Source: a virus. From it: DNA of 64,000 nt. The stretch's first letter is position 1, and every line of letters begins with the position of its first letter. Below, one piece after another: positions 18,150 to 26,010 of the stretch. The translations under genes were made by a program, and so were the position numbers. Below the pieces are notes generated by a model, which had not been told where the DNA came from, did no database searches, and was given only the letters and a program-made list of their open reading frames with translations. Location of the stretch: positions 1-64,000 of the IMG/VR virus record IMGVR_UViG_3300038428_000280; one strand, given 5' to 3'.

Positions 18150-18866
18150 TTAAACGACAGCAACCGCAATCGGTGTGGTAGGAGATATTACTTTTTTACC
18201 ATTACTGTTTATATTGAAGAATAACGTCGCATCTTTGAATTGCTCTTCCTGAAGTTCTTCTACATTAATTCGAACTTCTTCAACCAATCCGTTTTCTTTC
18301 ATCTTTTCAAATGACTTATGAAGTCTTATTTTATCTTCACCATTAGATTTTAAATGCTCTACGTCAATGCCATGAGGATAATAGAAAACCTTAATATTGA
18401 TATACGGCAATTTGTGTTTCATCCAATCTTCGGTTTCTACCCAAACCAAAGCAAATACATCTTGATTAGATTTTGCTTTTGTGGTTATATCTCTTTTAAC
18501 AGAAGTCCCCTTTACTTCAACCTTGATATTACCGTTAACCACTATATCTGCACCACCTTCTGCGCCTTTTCTATGGCCCCTTAATTCAACGGAGTTTATA
18601 TAACTAATTCGTTTTAAAATCATTCGCCTATTTATAAGATGGCAAACCAAGGATTCGGTTGCTTCATTGGAAATGTTTGGTGATTTTTGGGGTATAAAGT
18701 GACCAATGTTCTGAAATCTTAATTCATTGATTTCAGATAAAAGTTCAGCAGGAAATGCTTTTCGCTCATTTATACATGTCACAAAATCTTCCAAAAGTCT
18801 TCGTAATTTCAGATTTGAAAATATCTCTGTGAGAGACCGACATTGTTTTTTTCTTTTAGTTGCCAT
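18150..18866 (-). CDS. PD-(D/E)xK restriction endonuclease-like protein
   Basis: E...GADIVVNGNIKVEVKG motif. Confidence 0.6.
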   Translation of the reverse strand: MATKRKKQCRSLTEIFSNLKLRRLLEDFVTCINERKAFPAELLSEINELRFQNIGHFIPQKSPNISNEATESLVCHLINRRMILKRISYINSVELRGHRKGAEGGADIVVNGNIKVEVKGTSVKRDITTKAKSNQDVFALVWVETEDWMKHKLPYINIKVFYYPHGIDVEHLKSNGEDKIRLHKSFEKMKENGLVEEVRINVEELQEEQFKDATLFFNINSNGKKVISPTTPIAVAVV

Positions 18867-18869
18867 ATT

Positions 18870-19163
18870 TTATTGGTTAAATTGATGTTTTATAGAAGGG
18901 TCATTAAACATTTTAATTAAATGTTCCGCCGATTCTCTACCCATTCTGCGCCAATCATTTAAACTTCTTGGCACACCACTGATGAAGTCAGGAAATTTTT
19001 CATCTGCATGATTGTTCAGATACACGGCCCAACATTCGCATTTATTTGATAATACATCCCCTTTATTCCTATGGGGTTTTCTCACACCTTTATATTTCGG
19101 ATGGAGTTTACACGTTTTTGAATGTAAATCAATAGGCAATTTAGTTTTAGAATTTATTAACAT
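18870..19163 (-). CDS. Hypothetical protein
   Basis: CKLHPKYKG..P..CECW; SD AAGGA. Confidence 0.6.
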   Translation of the reverse strand: MLINSKTKLPIDLHSKTCKLHPKYKGVRKPHRNKGDVLSNKCECWAVYLNNHADEKFPDFISGVPRSLNDWRRMGRESAEHLIKMFNDPSIKHQFNQ

Positions 19164-19180
19164 ATATTAATCCTTATTTT

Positions 19181-19432
19181 TTACCACACATGTTTGTCAG
19201 TTATTAATTTTTTTAATAATTCATGAAGATCATAGGAACATTTAGGTTCTTCACCACCAAAAGATGCTCCCAACTGAAATTTTCCATCAATAAATATCTC
19301 CAAGCGATGGCCACCATTTAATGAGTTGACCAAATCCAAATTGTGATTGGCATTGAATTTTCTTTCTTGGGTCTCGGTTTCACGTATGCGAAATCGACCG
19401 GAAGCGTTTTTCTGAAAATTCTGTTTCATCAT
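19181..19432 (-). CDS. Hypothetical protein
   Basis: Start moved to MMKQNF, directly downstream of the divergent promoter. Confidence 0.6.
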   Translation of the reverse strand: MMKQNFQKNASGRFRIRETETQERKFNANHNLDLVNSLNGGHRLEIFIDGKFQLGASFGGEEPKCSYDLHELLKKLITDKHVW

Positions 19433-19436
19433 GCGC

Positions 19437-19468
19437 TTGACTATATCATAGAATACTGATATTGTCAA
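19437..19468. promoter_or_regulatory. Overlapping bidirectional sigma70 promoter pair at a strand switch
   Basis: Plus TTGACT-17-TATTGT and minus TTGACA-17-TATAGT share the same 32 bp. Confidence 0.75.
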
Positions 19469-19478
19469 TGGAGATTTT

Positions 19479-19928
19479 ATGAAATTGGGATTCACAGGCA
19501 CAAGAAATGGCATGACCAAACTGCAAAAGGATACGGTGAGTAGATTAATTATTTCTGCTGGACCTACCGAAGCTCACATGGGCGATTGCATTGGAGCCGA
19601 CACGGATTTTTACTATTTGATTGAAAAAATTGTACCGTCCTGTAAGAAAATCGGTCATGTGCCCGACAAGGATAAAACGCGGTCAAAATTGAAGTATGAC
19701 GAAGAAAAAATGCCAAAGCCTTATTTGACAAGGGATCATGACATAGTTGATGAATCTGACATGATAATTGCCACACCAAAAGCGTTTTATGAAGAACTTC
19801 GTTCAGGTACTTGGGCAACAGTGAGATACGCAAAGAAAACCAATAAAAGGGTGATTCTTGTGTTTCCCAATGGAAGTCTCAAGGTTCTAAAGGAAAAAAT
19901 AATTAGACAAGGCTTGCTTTTTTTCTGA
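19479..19928 (+). CDS. SLOG / DprA-like Rossmann-fold protein
   Basis: MKLGFTGTRNG, HMGDCIGAD, RDHDIVD and RSGTWATVRYA motifs. Confidence 0.78.
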   Translation: MKLGFTGTRNGMTKLQKDTVSRLIISAGPTEAHMGDCIGADTDFYYLIEKIVPSCKKIGHVPDKDKTRSKLKYDEEKMPKPYLTRDHDIVDESDMIIATPKAFYEELRSGTWATVRYAKKTNKRVILVFPNGSLKVLKEKIIRQGLLFF

Positions 19929-19954
19929 ACTTGCGTATATTTATGGGTCAAGAC

Positions 19955-20028
19955 GCAGATGTGGTGTAGTGGCAGCCCACGACATTGCCAATGTTGAAGT
20001 GAGGGTTCGATTCCCTTCATCTGCTCCA
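19955..20028 (+). tRNA. tRNA-Gly(GCC)
   Basis: GCAGATG/CATCTGC acceptor stem, TTGCCAA loop, GGTTCGATTCC, encoded CCA. Confidence 0.93.
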
Positions 20029-20030
20029 AC

Positions 20031-20106
20031 GCGATATTGGTGTTTAACGGCAGCATGTGACCCCTCCAAGGTCGGGGTGAGAGTTCGAATCTCTCATATC
20101 GCTCCA
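20031..20106 (+). tRNA. tRNA-Gly(TCC) with C33
   Basis: GCGATAT/ATATCGC acceptor stem, TGACC-CCTCCAA-GGTCG anticodon arm, TTCGAAT T loop, TCCA end. Confidence 0.88.
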
Positions 20107-20116
20107 ATTTTAAACG

Positions 20117-20392
20117 ATGAATATTATACCTTCATGTCAATGTTTATCAGATTTCATGAAGGCTCAGATGGATGTGGTCTCTAAGCATTTAGATGAACAC
20201 AAATATCTTAGAAATATTCCCGGTAGGGAAGAGGCGTTGGCATCGTTTATAAACGATTATGGATGGTTAATAAGGGAATTGTATTGCACAAGAATTTGTG
20301 AAAAAAGGTCTGAATGTGAAATTGCACTACAATTAAGCAGTAGTGGAGACCTGTTACGAAATCATCAAAAAAATGATAAAATGCCCGGTTAG
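20117..20392 (+). CDS. Hypothetical protein inside the tRNA cluster
   Basis: 91-aa ORF (C.C...YC..IC..R..C); stop codon lies inside the next tRNA. Confidence 0.65.
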   Translation: MNIIPSCQCLSDFMKAQMDVVSKHLDEHKYLRNIPGREEALASFINDYGWLIRELYCTRICEKRSECEIALQLSSSGDLLRNHQKNDKMPG

Positions 20393-20475
20393 CACAGCGG
20401 CAAGTGCGGTGGTCTTATACACCATAAACCCTAGATTTGGGTAAGACGGGGGTTCGAGTCCCTCATCGGGCACCA
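20383..20475 (+). tRNA. tRNA-Ile(TAT) with long variable arm
   Basis: GCCCGGT/ATCGGGC acceptor stem, GTGGT-CTTATAC-ACCAT anticodon arm, 22-nt variable region, TTCGAGT, ACCA. Confidence 0.85.
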
Positions 20476-20507
20476 AAAATTTTATGGATGGTGAATAAAA
20501 AATTTAT

Positions 20508-20586
20508 CGCGGGGTAGAGAAGCCCGGCCTATCTTGTCATGCTCATAACGTGAAGAACGTTGGTTCGAATCCAACTCCCGCAACCA
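20508..20586 (+). tRNA. tRNA-Met(CAT), initiator-like (C1:A72 mismatch)
   Basis: CGCGGGG...TCCCGCA-ACCA; CTCATAA loop. Confidence 0.9.
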
Positions 20587-20590
20587 ATTT

Positions 20591-20700
20591 TGGGTGAAAC
20601 GCAAAGCGACTCACAAGGGGACGCAAAGCGACCTCGGAGTATTTTTAATAATACTTACTCTCAATCGAACACGTCATTTGGCCAATGAACTTTGATTGAG
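20591..20700 (+). ncRNA. Candidate structured RNA in a tRNA spacer
   Basis: Direct repeat ACGCAAAGCGAC (20599, 20621) in twin hairpins, plus stem CTCAATCGAA/TTTGATTGAG. Confidence 0.45.
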
Positions 20701-20704
20701 TTAT

Positions 20705-20789
20705 GCTACAGTGGCGGAACTGGCAGACGCGCTAGACTCAAAATCTAGTGGAGAAATCCGTGTGGGTTCGACTCCCACCTGTAGCACCA
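20705..20789 (+). tRNA. tRNA-Leu(CAA)
   Basis: GCTACAG/CTGTAGC acceptor stem, CTCAAAA loop, long variable arm, ACCA. Confidence 0.94.
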
Positions 20790-20802
20790 ATTTTGTCGTT
20801 GA

Positions 20803-20897
20803 TATTGGACACGTCCCGTGAAACATCGGGCCCCGCTGTAGGGGAGAAAAGTTGGCCACGACTAAGTGCTGCAGCATGATAGAGCCGAGTTCCAATA
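20803..20897 (+). ncRNA. Candidate GC-rich pseudoknotted RNA between the Leu tRNAs
   Basis: Closing stem TATTGGA/TCCAATA, three internal stems, loop GCTGTA(G) complementary to CTGCAGC. Confidence 0.55.
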
Positions 20898-20902
20898 CAA
20901 AA

Positions 20903-20987
20903 GCCACCGTGGCGGAAGTGGAAGACGCGACAGACTTAAAATCTGTTTCCTTCGGGAGTGGGGGTTCGATTCCCTCCGGTGGCACCA
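20903..20987 (+). tRNA. tRNA-Leu(TAA)
   Basis: GCCACCG/CGGTGGC acceptor stem, CTTAAAA loop, long variable arm, ACCA. Confidence 0.94.
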
Positions 20988-20991
20988 ATTT

Positions 20992-21192
20992 ATGTTACAA
21001 TTAACTTTATTTCAAAAAATCAGAAGTTGGATTAGATATTTATTTTGTGGTCCTGATTGGGAAGGACTCCACAATCACTTGAATGAGCATAATAGATTAG
21101 GGCTTCCCACCTGTTTTACTTATTTAAGAGAATTATACGACGCATATCACTGTCCCATCCCCGAAGAATACCGTCTAAGAAAATACGCTTGA
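20992..21192 (+). CDS. Hypothetical protein
   Basis: Start MLQLTLF right after the tRNA; the track start overlaps the tRNA. Confidence 0.55.
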   Translation: MLQLTLFQKIRSWIRYLFCGPDWEGLHNHLNEHNRLGLPTCFTYLRELYDAYHCPIPEEYRLRKYA

Positions 21193-21216
21193 CATTTTCT
21201 TTTTCTGTGATATGGT
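21189..21216 (+). promoter_or_regulatory. sigma70-type promoter
   Basis: TTGACA-16nt-TATGGT; leader contains two small hairpins and SD AAGGA. Confidence 0.55.
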
Positions 21217-21284
21217 TATGATTGTTCGGGCAATTCCGCCTGAATATAAAAGTCCTCAATTAGAGGCAATGTAAAAAGGAAAAT

Positions 21285-22181
21285 ATGAGAAAAAATGACT
21301 ACGAGCTGTCAGTCAAAGTTGACGGCAGCAAACTTCCGGAATATGGTTCCCACGGCAAAACTTACGTTCGTGGAGAAATAGGCAGGGAATTCACCCTCCA
21401 ATTCAGAAATAACACAGCCGACCGCGTTCTTGCACGCTTTAGCGTTGACGGATTGAGTGTCCTTGACGGTAAAAGTGCAGACCGAGATTCTAGTGGATAT
21501 ATTTGTGATGCTTATGCATCCATTGAAATTGCTGGTTGGCGAACATCACTTGATGAAGTCAGAAGGTTTGAATTTTCATCAAAGGGTAAGTCTTATGCTG
21601 GCAAAACCATCAGCAGTTCCAACTGCGGGGTAATTGGAGTTCAGGTTTTTTCGGAGAGACAACCCAAGATAAAAATTGTTGAGAAACACATTCATCATCA
21701 CCACGACCATTACCCTGAACCTGCGCCTTGGCCTTGGGATCCGTGGAAGCCTTGGAAAAAGCCGTATGACCCGTATCCTTGGAAACCAACTCCTATTTGG
21801 GGTAACGGTGATATTATTTGCCGGGATACTTTGAAGGATACCAGCGCAACATATTCTGCAAATGCTTCTTCCATGCTACGGTCATCAAAGGGAAGAGACA
21901 ATGGCAATGTCAGAAAAATGTCATTCGGTGGAGGTTGTTCTTGCTCATCACCTGATGAAGTAACCGATTACAATCTTGGAACCAAGTTTGGTGATGCTAA
22001 ATCCGACCATGTTAGAACTGTAAAGTTTGAAACAGGTTCATTGATTACCCAATTGGAAATCTACTACACCGACCGCGCAGGATTGGAAAATGCTGGAATA
22101 AATCTTGACAAAAGAACACCAGCGGTATCCGTTCATCCTCAAGCATTTAGTGGGTTTTGCCAACCGCCTGACGAAGATTAA
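21285..22181 (+). CDS. Hypothetical protein with His/Pro/Trp-rich linker
   Basis: FRNNT..RV...SVDGLSVLDG, GWR and NCGVIGV motifs; own promoter and terminator. Confidence 0.75.
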   Translation: MRKNDYELSVKVDGSKLPEYGSHGKTYVRGEIGREFTLQFRNNTADRVLARFSVDGLSVLDGKSADRDSSGYICDAYASIEIAGWRTSLDEVRRFEFSSKGKSYAGKTISSSNCGVIGVQVFSERQPKIKIVEKHIHHHHDHYPEPAPWPWDPWKPWKKPYDPYPWKPTPIWGNGDIICRDTLKDTSATYSANASSMLRSSKGRDNGNVRKMSFGGGCSCSSPDEVTDYNLGTKFGDAKSDHVRTVKFETGSLITQLEIYYTDRAGLENAGINLDKRTPAVSVHPQAFSGFCQPPDED

Positions 22182-22194
22182 GTTCTATTATTTC

Positions 22195-22231
22195 AAAAGG
22201 CCCGGTTCGAGTGATTGAACCGGGCTTTCTT
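22195..22231 (+). terminator. Intrinsic terminator
   Basis: GGCCCGGTTCGA-GTGA-TTGAACCGGGCT followed by TTCTT. Confidence 0.8.
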
Positions 22232-22232
22232 A

Positions 22233-22260
22233 TTGACTTTTATCTTCGATATGATATAAT
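22233..22260 (+). promoter_or_regulatory. sigma70-type promoter (near-leaderless)
   Basis: TTGACT-16nt-TATAAT; ATG 8 nt downstream. Confidence 0.7.
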
Positions 22261-22268
22261 ATACCCAA

Positions 22269-22859
22269 ATGAAACTCAACTGTAACAGTTTTTTTGACGG
22301 AGAATTTGAATATCTCAATCTAAATGAATTGTATCTAAAATATAGAAATCTTTTAACGGATACAAAAATTCCTTCGCAAATTCAATTTTTATTAAATCAA
22401 TTCCACAACAATACATTTGGTGGATATGCAGAAGATAGAAAGGATATTTGGAAAGGAACCTACTTGGATAAACATGGGAATTATATTCATTTGGGAGTTG
22501 ATATCAATGTCAGAGCAGGAACCAACATTCGATGCCCTTTTGATGCCAAAGTAATTGATATTTTTATTGATAGCGATACACAAATTGGTTGGGGCGGTAG
22601 AATAATTTTACAGCCAAGCGAATATTTACCATATTTGGTTTTAGCTCATATTGAACCGACATCTTTAGTCAATAAAAATTATTTTAAGAAAGGTGAAATT
22701 ATTGGTCAAGTTGGGACTTGGCCAGCCAATGGCAACACTTTTCAACATCTACATGTTCAACTTGTTAAAGATTTGGATATAAACAATTTTGACGGATATG
22801 GTTGTGTTGAAGATTTGTCAAACAATATTGACCCTTTCGAAATGGAGTTTAAAATATGA
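22269..22859 (+). CDS. M23 family peptidase-like protein
   Basis: HLGVD (HxxxD) and HLH zinc motifs. Confidence 0.78.
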   Translation: MKLNCNSFFDGEFEYLNLNELYLKYRNLLTDTKIPSQIQFLLNQFHNNTFGGYAEDRKDIWKGTYLDKHGNYIHLGVDINVRAGTNIRCPFDAKVIDIFIDSDTQIGWGGRIILQPSEYLPYLVLAHIEPTSLVNKNYFKKGEIIGQVGTWPANGNTFQHLHVQLVKDLDINNFDGYGCVEDLSNNIDPFEMEFKI

Positions 22860-23875
22860 CAAAATTAGCCACCCTAGAAAGAATTCATAGCATTCAACCC
22901 CACCCAAACAAGGAAGTGGAAAAACTTGAAATTGGCAAAGTAAAGGAATGGCCTGTCGTCATTCCAAAAGGCCAATTCAAGGATGGCGATCTTGTTGTTT
23001 TTATTCAAATTGATTCCATTTGCCCCAAAGAAAATCCCTACTTTGCCTTTCTTGAAAGACAAAAGTATAGAATTTGGAATGCTAAGTTTAAAGGAGCGCC
23101 TTCACAAGGTCTTGTGTGTCCTCTTTCTATTCTACCTAGAGGGGATTCATCCCTGAGAATAGAGGAAGGAGCAGATGTTACCGAACATCTTGGCATCACT
23201 AAATATGAAAAACCTCTTGATTTAAGTATTTGCGGCGATGCTAAAGGTGGATTTCCGACACACTTGATTCCTATTACCGATGAAGACAATTTACTCAATA
23301 ATCCTGAAACTCTTAATGAATTCATGGGAGAAGAATGTTATCTTACCGTAAAGGTTGACGGTTCTTCCATGACCATTATCCATGATAACGGTGAAGTTAG
23401 GGTTTGCAGTCGCAGATTGGAGCAAAAAGAAGGAACAGGATTTTGGAAGATTGCTGAACAATACGATTTGCCAAACAAACTTAAGGCTCAGATGGCGTTG
23501 AATATTGCCATTCAATCGGAAGCTTGTGGTGGAAAAATTCAGGGAAACCCATTGGGACTTTCCGAACCCTGTATGTTTGTCTTTAATGTCAAAGATATAA
23601 CTACAGGCAAGTGGTATGGTTGGGAAGAAATTAAATCCATTTGTTCATTGTTCAATATACCATCTGTGAGATTGGTTTGTGAACCTTTCATCTTTGATGA
23701 AACTTGGACCATTGCAAAACTTCAAGAAGAAGCAAATAAGGTGGTCTATGTGACTGCAAAAGGTGAAACAAAGAAAGGCGAAGGAGTGGTTCTTCGACCT
23801 ACTAAACCAAAATATTCAGCTATTCTTGGTAAACCACTGTCGGTTAAAATCTTAAATCAGGAGTATAAACAATGA
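22856..23875 (+). CDS. ATP-dependent RNA ligase (DRB0094-like)
   Basis: N-terminal KLATLERI..HPN..KLE..FKDGDLVVFIQIDS; motif I KVDGSS; CSR, IQGNPL and GEGVVLRP. Confidence 0.9.
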   Translation: MTKLATLERIHSIQPHPNKEVEKLEIGKVKEWPVVIPKGQFKDGDLVVFIQIDSICPKENPYFAFLERQKYRIWNAKFKGAPSQGLVCPLSILPRGDSSLRIEEGADVTEHLGITKYEKPLDLSICGDAKGGFPTHLIPITDEDNLLNNPETLNEFMGEECYLTVKVDGSSMTIIHDNGEVRVCSRRLEQKEGTGFWKIAEQYDLPNKLKAQMALNIAIQSEACGGKIQGNPLGLSEPCMFVFNVKDITTGKWYGWEEIKSICSLFNIPSVRLVCEPFIFDETWTIAKLQEEANKVVYVTAKGETKKGEGVVLRPTKPKYSAILGKPLSVKILNQEYKQ

Positions 23876-24405
23876 TTTCTCCATTCTTTTTTCATAGCAT
23901 GATTGATGAAGATTATGCTTGGGAACTTCAATTCTTTCAAAAATATAGGGATTTGAAGGATGGTCTCGACATATTCAACATTGAAATGAATTGGGATAAA
24001 TATATGGCTGACCATAATCCAAAATTCATTTTCAGTCTGAAATTGATTAACATCATTATTTTCGAGTTCATCATTTACAATATATGGCATACCGATAACT
24101 CCCGTTCACCTTACTTTGGAATGGATGATGTTGATGCACCCAATTACGAAAAAGACAATCATCCATCAACATCGGATGTTACCGTGATATTTCATTCGAG
24201 AAGAAATTTTTATCATGGGCAACCTATTTATTGGTATGAATTCAGGACTAAAATAGATGGTTTTGACTTCACGGATTTAATACCCCAACACTTTCTTAAC
24301 GTTCCATTTACAGTATTCTATGAATACGGTGGAACACACGAAGAAGCGTTAAAAGAATTGACAAGCGAAGGTTTTACGAATATAATAGAAGGCAATGAGC
24401 TATAA
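23872..24405 (+). CDS. Hypothetical protein
   Basis: ATGA-overlapped 177-aa ORF. Confidence 0.6.
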   Translation: MISPFFFHSMIDEDYAWELQFFQKYRDLKDGLDIFNIEMNWDKYMADHNPKFIFSLKLINIIIFEFIIYNIWHTDNSRSPYFGMDDVDAPNYEKDNHPSTSDVTVIFHSRRNFYHGQPIYWYEFRTKIDGFDFTDLIPQHFLNVPFTVFYEYGGTHEEALKELTSEGFTNIIEGNEL

Positions 24406-24745
24406 TTTATTTCTTGATGACAACCGCGACCCAAACAAGTTTCTTAACGATACAAAAACTTGGGTGATTGCACGTAATTATAATCAATTTGTAGATATAA
24501 TTACGAAACAGGGTTTACCTGATTTGATTTCATTTGACCATGATTTGTGTGATGTTGACCAAGGAAAGGTGGAGGATTTCAAGGAAAAAACAGGGTATGA
24601 TTGTGCCAAGTGGTTGATTGAATATTGCATGAAAACAAATCAATCGTTACCCAAATGGCAAATTCATACATTTAATCCAGCAGGCATGATAAATATTTAC
24701 GATATTTTATCTACATATAACAATAAGGAAGAGGTTTGTGAATGA
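24395..24745 (+). CDS. Cyclic-phosphate-processing receiver-like domain protein
   Basis: LFLDDNR, ISFDHDL, TGYDCAKWL and HTFNPAG motifs. Confidence 0.85.
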   Translation: MSYNLFLDDNRDPNKFLNDTKTWVIARNYNQFVDIITKQGLPDLISFDHDLCDVDQGKVEDFKEKTGYDCAKWLIEYCMKTNQSLPKWQIHTFNPAGMINIYDILSTYNNKEEVCE

Positions 24746-25220
24746 TATGGACGATTTAATAAAAAATATTGGTGATAAAAAGAAAGCTTTGATTATTCTT
24801 GTGGGTCCTCCTGCAAGTGGTAAATCAACTTGGGGTAAGAAATTTGCTTTGGATAATGGTGTGGTCTATGTTTCAACCGATGAAATCAGAAAAGAAATTG
24901 GCTCGGGAGAAGGCGACCAAACCGTGTCTGCTGTGGCTTTCGGTATTGCTCGTCGCAGAGTTTCAGCCGCTTTGAGTGCAGGTAAAAATGTAATGATTGA
25001 TGCCACCAACGTCAACAGAAAATCTCGTAAGGATTGGGTTAATTTGGGAAAAGGTCATTCATCGTATATTATTGCTGTCGCTTTTGAGGTTCCAAAAGCC
25101 GAACTTTTGAAAAGAGATGCGAAGCGTGAACGTCAAGTTGGACCGGAAGTTATTGACAGATTTATAAACAAATATGCCCGTCCAGCAGCAGACGAAGTGA
25201 ACAAGGTTATCATTAAATAA
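24738..25220 (+). CDS. Polynucleotide kinase-like P-loop kinase (AAA_33)
   Basis: GPPASGKST, STDEIR, IDATN and R..R.V..VI motifs. Confidence 0.87.
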   Translation: MNDMDDLIKNIGDKKKALIILVGPPASGKSTWGKKFALDNGVVYVSTDEIRKEIGSGEGDQTVSAVAFGIARRRVSAALSAGKNVMIDATNVNRKSRKDWVNLGKGHSSYIIAVAFEVPKAELLKRDAKRERQVGPEVIDRFINKYARPAADEVNKVIIK

Positions 25221-25225
25221 AAATT

Positions 25226-25558
25226 ATGACAAGCAAGAAAATTATCACTGAAATTTCAAAATTGGATGGATGGAAATGGCACAAAGGGAGTGAATTACGT
25301 TTTGGTCCACCAATTAAAGGTGAAAAAATTATAAAGCGAGGATGGCATCTAGGTAAAAGAGTAAGAGAAACTTTACCAGCCTATCTTACTGATAGAAATG
25401 CTGTTATAATGGTAATTAATAAACAAAATAAGATGGTTCAATTTGCAATTGACAATTTAATTCACGATAAACTTTATCCAAATCAGCCGACAATTTGTGC
25501 AACCGCACACCAACTTTGTGAAGCTCTTTTAAGGGTATTGGATAAATGGAAAGAATAA
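25226..25558 (+). CDS. Hypothetical protein (paralog of next gene)
   Basis: ITEISKLDGWKW...ATAHQLCEALLRVLDKWKE. Confidence 0.7.
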   Translation: MTSKKIITEISKLDGWKWHKGSELRFGPPIKGEKIIKRGWHLGKRVRETLPAYLTDRNAVIMVINKQNKMVQFAIDNLIHDKLYPNQPTICATAHQLCEALLRVLDKWKE

Positions 25559-25562
25559 AATT

Positions 25563-26006
25563 ATGAAAGAAATAGACATTCTTACTGAAATTGCAGCTTT
25601 AGATGGTGGAAAATGGCTTTATGCTCCAAAAGCCGAAACACCACACCGTTTTTGGTTGGATGATGATGCTTACGTTTCTCATGCCCAAGATTTTATTGAA
25701 TGGGATGGAGTAAAAGATATTCCCATCGGATGGGATTATTGCCATTTCAAAGATTACACAAAATCTTATGATGCAATTTTACCTGTAATTAAAAAGCTAA
25801 AGGATGAAAATCAATTTTCAAGCAATCCGGCCCATTATCCTACTTGGATGTTTTCTTCACATCTTCTTAAAATTTTAGGTCTTAAATTGTGGAACAATGG
25901 AGAACCGTTGAAGTCACCATGTAATCTTTGTCAAATAATTTTATCAGCAACTCCGCTTCAACTTTGTGAAGCTGTTTTAAGAGCGGTGAATAAGTGGAAG
26001 GAATAA
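25563..26006 (+). CDS. Hypothetical protein (paralog of previous gene)
   Basis: LTEIAALDGGKW...ATPLQLCEAVLRAVNKWKE. Confidence 0.7.
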   Translation: MKEIDILTEIAALDGGKWLYAPKAETPHRFWLDDDAYVSHAQDFIEWDGVKDIPIGWDYCHFKDYTKSYDAILPVIKKLKDENQFSSNPAHYPTWMFSSHLLKILGLKLWNNGEPLKSPCNLCQIILSATPLQLCEAVLRAVNKWKE

Positions 26007-26010
26007 CTTC

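Noticed and set aside
20790-20902. HDV-like theta, hammerhead or pistol ribozyme assignment
   Set aside because: The required catalytic-core consensus was not recognisable by eye. Kept only as an unassigned structured RNA.
19787-20988. ORFs 19787..20107(-), 19969..20184(+) and 20701..20988(-)
   Set aside because: These are translations of tRNA genes (ERFELS and PPEGIEP are typical antisense-tRNA artefacts).
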